Source: Auanema rhodensis (lineage: Eukaryota > Animalia > Nematoda). Taken from it: DNA of 64,000 nt. The translations under genes were made by a program, and so were the position numbers. Location of the stretch: positions 2,976,001 through 3,040,000 of the forward strand of contig OZ059894.1 of assembly GCA_964057225.1 (NCBI GenBank), written 5' to 3'. This document shows, one piece after another, positions 26,674 through 41,600 of this stretch; position 1 is the first letter of the stretch, and the number at the start of each line of letters is the position of its first letter. The notes under the pieces are model-generated. The model did not search any database, was not told the origin of the DNA, and saw only the letters and a list, made by a program, of their open reading frames with translations.

Positions 26674-29600
26674 CTAAAAACATCTACTTTTCGCTAAATT
26701 ATTTTGAAATTTTTCGAAAAAATTTTTGTCAAAATGTTTTTGGAAGCAATGTTGAGTGTACATGGAAACTCAACATACACTAATGCATCATTTTTCAAAC
26801 AATCATAACTAATTTTTGTATTAAGCGTTTTTCAATGTAGTATAGTGCATTCGATGCGGATTTTCAAGCTGCGTCGATCTGTGTTATCAGATTTGCGCTA
26901 GCTTAAAAATGCACCGAGATATCAACTGATATAAGTTCACACTTATATCCTCGATTTTCACCCTGAAGAATTAATTTTTTCGATGAATAACATTGTCCAT
27001 CGTCTTTGCCTTGAAAAAAGGAATCTAAAAACATCTACTTTTCGCTAAATTATTTTGAAATTTTTCGAAAAAATTTTTGTCAAAATGTTTTTGGAAGCAA
27101 TGTTGAGTGTACATGGAAACTCAACATACACTAATGCATCATTTTTCAAACAATCATAACTATTTTTTGTATTAAGCGTTTTTCAATGTAGTATAGTGCA
27201 TTCGATGCGGATTTTCAAGCTGCGTCGATCTGTGTTATCAGATTTGCGCTAGCTTAAAAATGCACCGAGATATCAACTGATATAAGTTCACACTTATATC
27301 CTCGATTTTCACCCTGAAGAATTAATTTTTTCGATGAATAACATTGTCCATCGTCTTTGCCTTGAAAAAAGGAATCTAAAAACATCTACTTTTCGCTAAA
27401 TTATTTTGAAATTTTTCGAAAAAATTTTTGTCAAAATGTTTTTGGAAGCAATGTTGAGTGTACATGGAAACTCAACATACACTAACGCATCATTTTTCAA
27501 ACAATCATAACTAATTTTTGTATTAAGCGTTTTTCAATGTAGTATAGTGCATTCGATGCGGATTTTTAAGCTGCGTCGATCTGTGTTATCCGATTTGCGC
27601 TAGCTGAAAAATGCACCGAGATATCAACTGATATAAGTTCACACTTATATCCTCGATTTTCACCCTGAAGAATTAATTTTTTCGTTGAATAACATTGTCC
27701 ATCGTCTTTGCCTTGAAAAAAAGAATCTAAAAACATCTACTTTTTGCTAAATTATTTTGAAATTTTTCGAAAAAATTTTTGTCAAAATGTTTTTGGAAGC
27801 AATGTTGAGTGTACATGGAAACTCAACATACACTAACGCATCATTTTTCAAACAATCATAACTAATTTTTCTATTAAGCGTTTTTCAATGTAGTATAGTG
27901 CATTCGATGCGGATTTTCAAGCTGCGTCGATCTGTGTTATCAGATTTGCGCTAGCTTAAAAATGCACCGAGATATCAACTGATATAAGTTCACACTTATA
28001 TCCTCGATTTTCACCCTGAAGAATTAATTTTTTCGATGAATAACATTGTCCATCGTCTTTGCCTTGAAAAAAGGAATCTAAAAACATCTACTTTTCGCTA
28101 AATTATTTTGAAATTTTTCGAAAAAATTTTTGTCAAAATGTTTTTGGAAGCAATGTTGAGTGTACATGGAAACTCAACATACACTAATGCATCATTTTTC
28201 AAACAATCATAACTATTTTTTGTATTAAGCGTTTTTCAATGTAGTATAGTGCATTCGATGCGGATTTTCAAGCTGCGTCGATCTGTGTTATCAGATTTGC
28301 GCTAGCTTAAAAATGCACCGAGATATCAACTGATATAAGTTCACACTTATATCCTCGATTTTCACCCTGAAGAATTAATTTTTTCGATGAATAACATTGT
28401 CCATCGTCTTTGCCTTGAAAAAAGGAATCTAAAAACATCTACTTTTCGCTAAATTATTTTGAAATTTTTCGAAAAAATTTTTGTCAAAATGTTTTTGGAA
28501 GCAATGTTGAGTGTACATGGAAACTCAACATACACTAACGCATCATTTTTCAAACAATCATAACTAATTTTTGTATTAAGCGTTTTTCAATGTAGTATAG
28601 TGCATTCGATGCGGATTTTCAAGCTGCGTCGATCTGTGTTATCAGATTTGCGCTAGCTTAAAAATGCACCGAGATATCAACTGATATAAGTTCACACTTA
28701 TATCCTCGATTTTCACCCTGAAGAATTAATTTTTTCGATGAATAACATTGTCCATCGTCTTTGCCTTGAAAAAAGGAATCTAAAAACATCTACTTTTCGC
28801 TAAATTATTTTGAAATTTTTCGAAAAAATTTTTGTCAAAATGTTTTTGGAAGCAATGTTGAGTGTACATGGAAACTCAACATACACTAATGCATCATTTT
28901 TCAAACAATCATAACTATTTTTTGTATTAAGCGTTTTTCAATGTAGTATAGTGCATTCGATGCGGATTTTCAAGCTGCGTCGATCTGTGTTATCAGATTT
29001 GCGCTAGCTTAAAAATGCACCGAGATATCAACTGATATAAGTTCACACTTATATCCTCGATTTTCACCCTGAAGAATTAATTTTTTCGATGAATAACATT
29101 GTCCATCGTCTTTGCCTTGAAAAAAGGAATCTAAAAACATCTACTTTTCGCTAAATTATTTTGAAATTTTTCGAAAAAATTTTTGTCAAAATGTTTTTGG
29201 AAGCAATGTTGAGTGTACATGGAAACTCAACATACACTAATGCATCATTTTTCAAACAATCATAACTATTTTTTGTATTAAGCGTTTTTCAATATAGTAT
29301 AGTGCATCCGAAGCGGATTTTTAAGCTGCGTCGATCTGTGTTATCCGATTTGCGCTAGCTGAAAAATGCACCGAGATATCAACTGATATAAGTTCACACT
29401 TATATCCTCGATTTTCACCCTGAAGAATTAATTTTTTCGTTGAATAACATTGTCCATCGTCTTTGCCTTGAAAAAAAGAATCTAAAAACATCCACTTTTC
29501 GCTAAATTATTTTGAAATTTTTCGAAAAAATTTTTGTCAAAATGTTTTTGGAAGCAATGTTGAGTGTACATGGAAACTCAACATACACTAACGCATCATT

Positions 29601-32600
29601 TTTCAAACAATCATAACTAATTTTTGTATTAAGCGTTTTTCAATGTAGTATAGTGCATTCGATGCGGATTTTTAAGCTGCGTCGATCTGTGTTATCCGAT
29701 TTGCGCTAGCTGAAAAATGCACCGAGATATCAACTGATATAAGTTCACACTTATATCCTCGATTTTCACCCTGAAGAATTAATTTTTTCGTTGAATAACA
29801 TTGTCCATCGTCTTTGCCTTGAAAAAAAGAATCTAAAAACATCTACTTTTTGCTAAATTATTTTGAAATTTTTCGAAAAAATTTTTGTCAAAATGTTTTT
29901 GGAAGCAATGTTGAGTGTACATGGAAACTCAACATACACTAATGCATCATTTTTCAAACGATCATAACTAATTTTTGTATTGAGCGTTTTTCAATGTAGT
30001 GTAGTGCATTCGATGCGGATTTTTAAGCTGCGTCGAGCTGTGTTATCAGATTTGTGCTAGCTTAAAAATGCACCGAGATATCAACTGATATAAGTTCACA
30101 CTTATATCCTCGATTTTCACCCTGAAGAATTAATTTTTTCGATGAATAACATTGTCCATCGTCTTTGCCTTGAAAAAAGGAATCTAAAAACATCTACTTT
30201 TCGCTAAATTATTTTGAAATTTTTCGAAAAAATTTTTGTCAAAATGTTTTTGGAAGCAATGTTGAGTGTACATGGAAACTCAACATACACTAACGCATCA
30301 TTTTTCAAACAATCATAACTAATTTTTGTATTAAGCGTTTTTCAATGTAGTATAGTGCATTCGATGCGGATTTTCAAGCTGCGTCGATCTGTGTTATCAG
30401 ATTTGCGCTAGCTTAAAAATGCACCGAGATATCAACTGATATAAGTTCACACTTATATCCTCGATTTTCACCCTGAAGAATTAATTTTTTCGATGAATAA
30501 CATTGTCCATCGTCTTTGCCTTGAAAAAAGGAATCTAAAAACATCTACTTTTCGCTAAATTATTTTGAAATTTTTCGAAAAAATTTTTGTCAAAATGTTT
30601 TTGGAAGCAATGTTGAGTGTACATGGAAACTCAACATACACTAATGCATCATTTTTCAAACAATCATAACTAATTATTGTATTAAGCGTTTTTCAATGTA
30701 GTATAGTGCATTCGATGCGGATTTTTAAGCTGCGTCGATCTGTGTTATCCGATTTGCGCTAGCTGAAAAATGCACCGAGATATCAACTGATATAAGTTCA
30801 CACTTATATCCTCGATTTTCACCCTGAAGAATTAATTTTTTCGATGAATAACATTGTCCATCGTCTTTGCCTTGAAAAAAGGAATCTAAAAACATCTACT
30901 TTTCGCTAAATTATTTTGAAATTTTTCGAAAAAATTTTTGTCAAAATGTTTTTGGAAGCAATGTTGAGTGTACATGGAAACTCAACATACACTAACGCAT
31001 CATTTTTCAAACAATCATAACTAATTTTTGTATTAAGCGTTTTTCAATGTAGTATAGTGCATTCGATGCGGATTTTCAAGCTGCGTCGATCTGTGTTATC
31101 AGATTTGCGCTAGCTTAAAAATGCACCGAGATATCAACTGATATAAGTTCACACTTATATCCTCGATTTTCACCCTGAAGAATTAATTTTTTCGATGAAT
31201 AACATTGTCCATCGTCTTTGCCTTGAAAAAAGGAATCTAAAAACATCTACTTTTCGCTAAATTATTTTGAAATTTTTCGAAAAAATTTTTGTCAAAATGT
31301 TTTTGGAAGCAATGTTGAGTGTACATGGAAACTCAACATACACTAATGCATCATTTTTCAAACAATCATAACTATTTTTTGTATTAAGCGTTTTTCAATG
31401 TAGTATAGTGCATTCGATGCGGATTTTCAAGCTGCGTCGATCTGTGTTATCAGATTTGCGCTAGCTTAAAAATGCACCGAGATATCAACTGATATAAGTT
31501 CACACTTATATCCTCGATTTTCACCCTGAAGAATTAATTTTTTCGATGAATAACATTGTCCATCGTCTTTGCCTTGAAAAAAGGAATCTAAAAACATCTA
31601 CTTTTCGCTAAATTATTTTGAAATTTTTCGAAAAAATTTTTGTCAAAATGTTTTTGGAAGCAATGTTGAGTGTACATGGAAACTCAACATACACTAATGC
31701 ATCATTTTTCAAACAATCATAACTATTTTTTGTATTAAGCGTTTTTCAATATAGTATAGTGCATCCGAAGCGGATTTTTAAGCTGCGTCGATCTGTGTTA
31801 TCCGATTTGCGCTAGCTGAAAAATGCACCGAGATATCAACTGATATAAGTTCACACTTATATCCTCGATTTTCACCCTGAAGAATTAATTTTTTCGTTGA
31901 ATAACATTGTCCATCGTCTTTGCCTTGAAAAAAAGAATCTAAAAACATCCACTTTTCGCTAAATTATTTTGAAATTTTTCGAAAAAATTTTTGTCAAAAT
32001 GTTTTTGGAAGCAATGTTGAGTGTACATGGAAACTCAACATACACTAACGCATCATTTTTCAAACAATCATAACTAATTTTTGTATTAAGCGTTTTTCAA
32101 TGTAGTATAGTGCATTCGATGCGGATTTTTAAGCTGCGTCGATCTGTGTTATCCGATTTGCGCTAGCTGAAAAATGCACCGAGATATCAACTGATATAAG
32201 TTCACACTTATATCCTCGATTTTCACCCTGAAGAATTAATTTTTTCGTTGAATAACATTGTCCATCGTCTTTGCCTTGAAAAAAAGAATCTAAAAACATC
32301 TACTTTTTGCTAAATTATTTTGAAATTTTTCGAAAAAATTTTTGTCAAAATGTTTTTGGAAGCAATGTTGAGTGTACATGGAAACTCAACATACACTAAT
32401 GCATCATTTTTCAAACGATCATAACTAATTTTTGTATTGAGCGTTTTTCAATGTAGTGTAGTGCATTCGATGCGGATTTTTAAGCTGCGTCGAGCTGTGT
32501 TATCAGATTTGTGCTAGCTTAAAAATGCACCGAGATATCAACTGATATAAGTTCACACATATATCCTCGATTTTCACCCTGAAGAATTAATTTTTTCGTT

Positions 32601-32640
32601 GAATAACATTGTCCATCGTCTTTGCCTTGAAAAAAGGAAT

Positions 32641-35600
32641 CTAAAAACATCTACTTTTCGCTAAATTATTTTGAAATTTTTCGAAAAAATTTTTGTCAAA
32701 ATGTTTTTGGAAGTAATGTTGAGTGTACATGGAAACTCAACATACACTAACGCATCATTTTTCAAACAATCATAACTAATTTTTGTATTAAGCGTTTTTC
32801 AATGTAGTATAGTGCATTCGATGCGGATTTTTAAGCTGCGTCGATCTGTGTTATCCGATTTGCGCTAGCTGAAAAATGCACCGAGATATCAACTGATATA
32901 AGTTCACACTTATATCCTCGATTTTCACCCTGAAGAATTAATTTTTTCGTTGAATAACATTGTCCATCGTCTTTGCCTTGAAAAAAAGAATCTAAAAACA
33001 TCTACTTTTTGCTAAATTATTTTGAAATTTTTCGAAAAAATTTTTGTCAAAATGTTTTTGGAAGCAATGTTGAGTGTACATGGAAACTCAACATACACTA
33101 ATGCATCATTTTTCAAACGATCATAACTAATTTTTGTATTGAGCGTTTTTCAATGTAGTGTAGTGCATTCGATGCGGATTTTTAAGCTGCGTCGAGCTGT
33201 GTTATCAGATTTGTGCTAGCTTAAAAATGCACCGAGATATCAACTGATATAAGTTCACACATATATCCTCGATTTTCACCCTGAAGAATTAATTTTTTCG
33301 TTGAATAACATTGTCCATCGTCTTTGCCTTGAAAAAAGGAATCTAAAAACATCTACTTTTCGCTAAATTATTTTGAAATTTTTCGAAAAAATTTTTGTCA
33401 AAATGTTTTTGGAAGTAATGTTGAGTGTACATGGAAACTCAACATACACTAATGCATCATTTTTCAAACGATCATAACTAATTTTTGTATTAAGCGTTTT
33501 TCAATGTAGTATAGTGCATTCGATGCGGATTTTCAAGCTGCGTCGATCTGTGTTATCAGATTTGCGCTAGCTTAAAAATGCACCGAGATATCAACTGATA
33601 TAAGTTCACACATATATCCTCGATTTTCACCCTGAAGAATTAATTTTTTCGTTGAATAACATTGTCCATCGTCTTTGCCTTGAAAAAAGGAATCTAAAAA
33701 CATCTACTTTTCGCTAAATTATTTTGAAATTTTTCGAAAAAATTTTTGTCAAAATGTTTTTGGAAGTAATGTTGAGTGTACATGGAAACTCAACATACAC
33801 TAATGCATCATTTTTCAAACGATCATAACTAATTTTTGTATTAAGCGTTTTTCAATGTAGTATAGTGCATTCGATGCGGATTTTCAAGCTGCGTCGATCT
33901 GTGTTATCAGATTTGCGCTAGCTTAAAAATGCACCGAGATATCAACTGATATAAGTTCACACATATATCCTCGATTTTCACCCTGAAGAATTAATTTTTT
34001 CGTTGAATAACATTGTCCATCGTCTTTGCCTTGAAAAAAGGAATCTAAAAACATCTACTTTTCGCTAAATTATTTTGAAATTTTTCGAAAAAATTTTTGT
34101 CAAAATGTTTTTGGAAGTAATGTTGAGTGTACATGGAAACTCAACATACACTAATGCATCATTTTTCAAACGATCATAACTAATTTTTGTATTAAGCGTT
34201 TTTCAATGTAGTATAGTGCATTCGATGCGGATTTTCAAGCTGCGTCGATCTGTGTTATCAGATTTGCGCTAGCTTAAAAATGCACCGAGATATCAACTGA
34301 TATAAGTTCACACATATATCCTCGATTTTCACCCTGAAGAATTAATTTTTTCGTTGAATAACATTGTCCATCGTCTTTGCCTTGAAAAAAGGATCCTAAA
34401 AACATCTACTTTTCGCTAAATTATTTTGAAATTTTTCGAAAAAATTTTTGTCAAAATGTTTTTGGAAGTAATGTTGAGTGTACATGGAAACTCAACATAC
34501 ACTAATGCATCATTTTTCAAACGATCATAACTAATTTTTGTATTAAGCGTTTTTCAATGTAGTATAGTGCATTCGATGCGGATTTTTAAGCTGCGTCGAT
34601 CTGTGTTATCAGATTTGCGCTAGCTTAAAAATGCACCGAGATATCAACTGATATAAGTTCACACTTATATCCTCGATTTTCACCCTGAAGAATTAATTTT
34701 TTCGTTGAATAACATTGTCCATCGTCTTTGCCTTGAAAAAAGGAATCTAAAAACATCTACTTTTCGCTAAATTATTTTGAAATTTTTCGAAAAAATTTTT
34801 GTCAAAATGTTTTTGGAAGCATTGTTGAGTGTACATGGAAACTCAACATACACTAATGCATCATTTTTCAAACAATCATAACTAATTTTTGTATTAAGCG
34901 TTTTTCAATGTAGTATAGTGCATTCGATGCGGATTTTTAAGCTGCGTCGATCTGTGTTATCCGATTTGCGCTAGCTGAAAAATGCACCGAGATATCAACT
35001 GATATAAGTTCACACTTATATCCTCGATTTTCACCCTGAAGAATTAATTTTTTCGTTGAATAACATTGTCCATCGTCTTTGCCTTGAAAAAAGGAATCTA
35101 AAAACATCTACTTTTCGCTAAATTATTTTGAAATTTTTCGAAAAAATTTTTGTCAAAATGTTTTTGGAAGTAATGTTGAGTGTACATGGAAACTCAACAT
35201 ACACTAATGCATCATTTTTCAAACGATCATAACTAATTTTTGTATTAAGCGTTTTGCAATGTAGTATAGTGCATTCGATGCGGATTTTCAAGCTGCGTCG
35301 ATCTGTGTTATCAGATTTGCGCTAGCTTAAAAATGCACCGAGATATCAACTGATATAAGTTCACACATATATCCTCGATTTTCACCCTGAAGAATTAATT
35401 TTTTCGTTGAATAACATTGTCCATCGTCTTTGCCTTGAAAAAAGGATCCTAAAAACATCTACTTTTCGCTAAATTATTTTGAAATTTTTCGAAAAAATTT
35501 TTGTCAAAATGTTTTTGGAAGTAATGTTGAGTGTACATGGAAACTCAACATACACTAATGCATCATTTTTCAAACGATCATAACTAATTTTTGTATTAAG

Positions 35601-38600
35601 CGTTTTGCAATGTAGTATAGTGCATTCGATGCGGATTTTCAAGCTGCGTCGATCTGTGTTATCAGATTTGCGCTAGCTTAAAAATGCACCGAGATATCAA
35701 CTGATATAAGTTCACACATATATCCTCGATTTTCACCCTGAAGAATTAATTTTTTCGTTGAATAACATTGTCCATCGTCTTTGCCTTGAAAAAAGGATCC
35801 TAAAAACATCTACTTTTCGCTAAATTATTTTGAAATTTTTCGAAAAAATTTTTGTCAAAATGTTTTTGGAAGTAATGTTGAGTGTACATGGAAACTCAAC
35901 ATACACTAATGCATCATTTTTCAAACGATCATAACTAATTTTTGTATTAAGCGTTTTTCAATGTAGTATAGTGCATTCGATGCGGATTTTCAAGCTGCGT
36001 CGATCTGTGTTATCAGATTTGCGCTAGCTTAAAAATGCACCGAGATATCAACTGATATAAGTTCACACTTATATCCTCGATTTTCACCCTGAAGAATTAA
36101 TTTTTTCGTTGAATAACATTGTCCATCGTCTTTGCCTTGAAAAAAGGAATCTAAAAACATCTACTTTTCGCTAAATTATTTTGAAATTTTTCGAAAAAAT
36201 TTTTGTCAAAATGTTTTTGGAAGCATTGTTGAGTGTACATGGAAACTCAACATACACTAATGCATCATTTTTCAAACAATCATAACTAATTTTTGTATTA
36301 AGCGTTTTTCAATGTAGTATAGTGCATTCGATGCGGATTTTTAAGCTGCGTCGATCTGTGTTATCCGATTTGCGCTAGCTGAAAAATGCACCGAGATATC
36401 AACTGATATAAGTTCACACTTATATCCTCGATTTTCACCCTGAAGAATTAATTTTTTCGTTGAATAACATTGTCCATCGTCTTTGCCTTGAAAAAAGGAA
36501 TCTAAAAACATCTACTTTTCGCTAAATTATTTTGAAATTTTTCGAAAAAATTTTTGTCAAAATGTTTTTGGAAGTAATGTTGAGTGTACATGGAAACTCA
36601 ACATACACTAATGCATCATTTTTCAAACGATCATAACTAATTTTTGTATTAAGCGTTTTTCAATGTAGTATAGTGCATTCGATGCGGATTTTCAAGCTGC
36701 GTCGATCTGTGTTATCAGATTTGCGCTAGCTTAAAAATGCACCGAGATATCAACTGATATAAGTTCACACTTATATCCTCGATTTTCACCCTGAAGAATT
36801 AATTTTTTCGTTGAATAACATTGTCCATCGTCTTTGCCTTGAAAAAAGGAATCTAAAAACATCTACTTTTCGCTAAATTATTTTGAAATTTTTCGAAAAA
36901 ATTTTTGTCAAAATGTTTTTGGAAGCATTGTTGAGTGTACATGGAAACTCAACATACACTAATGCATCATTTTTCAAACAATCATAACTAATTTTTGTAT
37001 TAAGCGTTTTTCAATGTAGTATAGTGCATTCGATGCGGATTTTTAAGCTGCGTCGATCTGTGTTATCCGATTTGCGCTAGCTGAAAAATGCACCGAGATA
37101 TCAACTGATATAAGTTCACACTTATATCCTCGATTTTCACCCTGAAGAATTAATTTTTTCGTTGAATAACATTGTCCATCGTCTTTGCCTTGAAAAAAGG
37201 AATCTAAAAACATCTACTTTTCGCTAAATTATTTTGAAATTTTTCGAAAAAATTTTTGTCAAAATGTTTTTGGAAGTAATGTTGAGTGTACATGGAAACT
37301 CAACATACACTAATGCATCATTTTTCAAACGATCATAACTAATTTTTGTATTAAGCGTTTTGCAATGTAGTATAGTGCATTCGATGCGGATTTTCAAGCT
37401 GCGTCGATCTGTGTTATCAGATTTGCGCTAGCTTAAAAATGCACCGAGATATCAACTGATATAAGTTCACACATATATCCTCGATTTTCACCCTGAAGAA
37501 TTAATTTTTTCGTTGAATAACATTGTCCATCGTCTTTGCCTTGAAAAAAGGATCCTAAAAACATCTACTTTTCGCTAAATTATTTTGAAATTTTTCGAAA
37601 AAATTTTTGTCAAAATGTTTTTGGAAGTAATGTTGAGTGTACATGGAAACTCAACATACACTAATGCATCATTTTTCAAACGATCATAACTAATTTTTGT
37701 ATTAAGCGTTTTTCAATGTAGTATAGTGCATTCGATGCGGATTTTCAAGCTGCGTCGATCTGTGTTATCAGATTTGCGCTAGCTTAAAAATGCACCGAGA
37801 TATCAACTGATATAAGTTCACACACATATCCTCGATTTTCACCCTGAAGAATTAATTTTTTCGTTGAATAACATTGTCCATCGTCTTTGCCTTGAAAAAG
37901 GGAATCTAAAAACATCTACTTTTCGCTAAATTATTTTGAAATTTTTCGAAAAAATTTTTGTCAAAATGTTTTTGGAAGTAATGTTGAGTGTACATGGAAA
38001 CTCAACATACACTAATGCATCATTTTTCAAACGATCATAACTAATTTTTGTATTAAGCGTTTTTCAATGTAGTATAGTGCATTCGATGCGGATTTTTAAG
38101 CTGCGTCGATCTGTGTTATCAGATTTGCGCTAGCTTAAAAATGCACCGAGATATCAACTGATATAAGTTCACACTTATATCCTCGATTTTCACCCTGAAG
38201 AATTAATTTTTTCGTTGAATAACATTGTCCATCGTCTTTGCCTTGAAAAAAGGAATCTAAAAACATCTACTTTTCGCTAAATTATTTTGAAATTTTTCGA
38301 AAAAATTTTTGTCAAAATGTTTTTGGAAGCAATGTTGAGTGTACATGGAAACTCAACATACACTAATGCATCATTTTTCAAACAATCATAACTAATTTTT
38401 GTATTAAGCGTTTTTCAATGTAGTATAGTGCATTCGATGCGGATTTTTAAGCTGCGTCGATCTGTGTTATCCGATTTGCGCTAGCTGAAAAATGCACCGA
38501 GATATCAACTGATATAAGTTCACACTTATATCCTCGATTTTCACCCTGAAGAATTAATTTTTTCGTTGAATAACATTGTCCATCGTCTTTGCCTTGAAAA

Positions 38601-41600
38601 AAGGAATCTAAAAACATCTACTTTTCGCTAAATTATTTTGAAATTTTTCGAAAAAATTTTTGTCAAAATGTTTTTGGAAGCAATGTTGAGTGTACATGGA
38701 AACTCAACATACACTAATGCATCATTTTTCAAACGATCATAACTAATTTTTGTATTGAGCGTTTTTCAATGTAGTGTAGTGCATTCGATGCGGATTTTTA
38801 AGCTGCGTCGAGCTGTGTTATCAGATTTGTGCTAGCTTAAAAATGCACCGAGATATCAACTGATATAAGTTCACACATATATCCTCGATTTTCACCCTGA
38901 AGAATTAATTTTTTCGTTGAATAACATTGTCCATCGTCTTTGCCTTGAAAAAAGGAATCTAAAAACATCTACTTTTCGCTAAATTATTTTGAAATTTTTC
39001 GAAAAAATTTTTGTCAAAATGTTTTTGGAAGTAATGTTGAGTGTACATGGAAACTCAACATACACTAATGCATCATTTTTCAAACGATCATAACTAATTT
39101 TTGTATTAAGCGTTTTTCAATGTAGTATAGTGCATTCGATGCGGATTTTCAAGCTGCGTCGATCTGTGTTATCAGATTTGCGCTAGCTTAAAAATGCACC
39201 GAGATATCAACTGATATAAGTTCACACATATATCCTCGATTTTCACCCTGAAGAATTAATTTTTTCGTTGAATAACATTGTCCATCGTCTTTGCCTTGAA
39301 AAAAGGAATCTAAAAACATCTACTTTTCGCTAAATTATTTTGAAATTTTTCGAAAAAATTTTTGTCAAAATGTTTTTGGAAGTAATGTTGAGTGTACATG
39401 GAAACTCAACATACACTAATGCATCATTTTTCAAACGATCATAACTAATTTTTGTATTAAGCGTTTTTCAATGTAGTATAGTGCATTCGATGCGGATTTT
39501 CAAGCTGCGTCGATCTGTGTTATCAGATTTGCGCTAGCTTAAAAATGCACCGAGATATCAACTGATATAAGTTCACACATATATCCTCGATTTTCACCCT
39601 GAAGAATTAATTTTTTCGTTGAATAACATTGTCCATCGTCTTTGCCTTGAAAAAAGGAATCTAAAAACATCTACTTTTCGCTGAATTATTTTGAAATTTT
39701 TCGAAAAAATTTTTGTCAAAATGTTTTTGGAAGTAATGTTGAGTGTACATGGAAACTCAACATACACTAATGCATCATTTTTCAAACGATCATAACTAAT
39801 TTTTGTATTAAGCGTTTTTCAATGTAGTATAGTGCATTCGATGCGGATTTTCAAGCTGCGTCGATCTGTGTTATCAGATTTGCGCTAGCTTAAAAATGCA
39901 CCGAGATATCAACTGATATAAGTTCACACATATATCCTCGATTTTCACCCTGAAGAATTAATTTTTTCGTTGAATAACATTGTCCATCGTCTTTGCCTTG
40001 AAAAAGGGAATCTAAAAACATCTACTTTTCGCTAAATTATTTTGAAATTTTTCGAAAAAATTTTTGTCAAAATGTTTTTGGAAGTAATGTTGAGTGTACA
40101 TGGAAACTCAACATACACTAATGCATCATTTTTCAAACGATCATAACTAATTTTTGTATTAAGCGTTTTTCAATGTAGTATAGTGCATTCGATGCGGATT
40201 TTTAAGCTGCGTCGATCTGTGTTATCAGATTTGCGCTAGCTTAAAAATGCACCGAGATATCAACTGATATAAGTTCACACTTATATCCTCGATTTTCACC
40301 CTGAAGAATTAATTTTTTCGTTGAATAACATTGTCCATCGTCTTTGCCTTGAAAAAAGGAATCTAAAAACATCTACTTTTCGCTAAATTATTTTGAAATT
40401 TTTCGAAAAAATTTTTGTCAAAATGTTTTTGGAAGCAATGTTGAGTGTACATGGAAACTCAACATACACTAATGCATCATTTTTCAAACAATCATAACTA
40501 ATTTTTGTATTAAGCGTTTTTCAATGTAGTATAGTGCATTCGATGCGGATTTTTAAGCTGCGTCGATCTGTGTTATCCGATTTGCGCTAGCTGAAAAATG
40601 CACCGAGATATCAACTGATATAAGTTCACACTTATATCCTCGATTTTCACCCTGAAGAATTAATTTTTTCGTTGAATAACATTGTCCATCGTCTTTGCCT
40701 TGAAAAAAGGAATCTAAAAACATCTACTTTTCGCTAAATTATTTTGAAATTTTTCGAAAAAATTTTTGTCAAAATGTTTTTGGAAGCAATGTTGAGTGTA
40801 CATGGAAACTCAACATACACTAATGCATCATTTTTCAAACGATCATAACTAATTTTTGTATTGAGCGTTTTTCAATGTAGTGTAGTGCATTCGATGCGGA
40901 TTTTTAAGCTGCGTCGAGCTGTGTTATCAGATTTGTGCTAGCTTAAAAATGCACCGAGATATCAACTGATATAAGTTCACACATATATCCTCGATTTTCA
41001 CCCTGAAGAATTAATTTTTTCGTTGAATAACATTGTCCATCGTCTTTGCCTTGAAAAAAGGAATCTAAAAACATCTACTTTTCGCTAAATTATTTTGAAA
41101 TTTTTCGAAAAAATTTTTGTCAAAATGTTTTTGGAAGTAATGTTGAGTGTACATGGAAACTCAACATACACTAATGCATCATTTTTCAAACGATCATAAC
41201 TAATTTTTGTATTAAGCGTTTTTCAATGTAGTATAGTGCATTCGATGCGGATTTTCAAGCTGCGTCGATCTGTGTTATCAGATTTGCGCTAGCTTAAAAA
41301 TGCACCGAGATATCAACTGATATAAGTTCACACATATATCCTCGATTTTCACCCTGAAGAATTAATTTTTTCGTTGAATAACATTGTCCATCGTCTTTGC
41401 CTTGAAAAAAGGAATCTAAAAACATCTACTTTTCGCTAAATTATTTTGAAATTTTTCGAAAAAATTTTTGTCAAAATGTTTTTGGAAGTAATGTTGAGTG
41501 TACATGGAAACTCAACATACACTAATGCATCATTTTTCAAACGATCATAACTAATTTTTGTATTAAGCGTTTTTCAATGTAGTATAGTGCATTCGATGCG

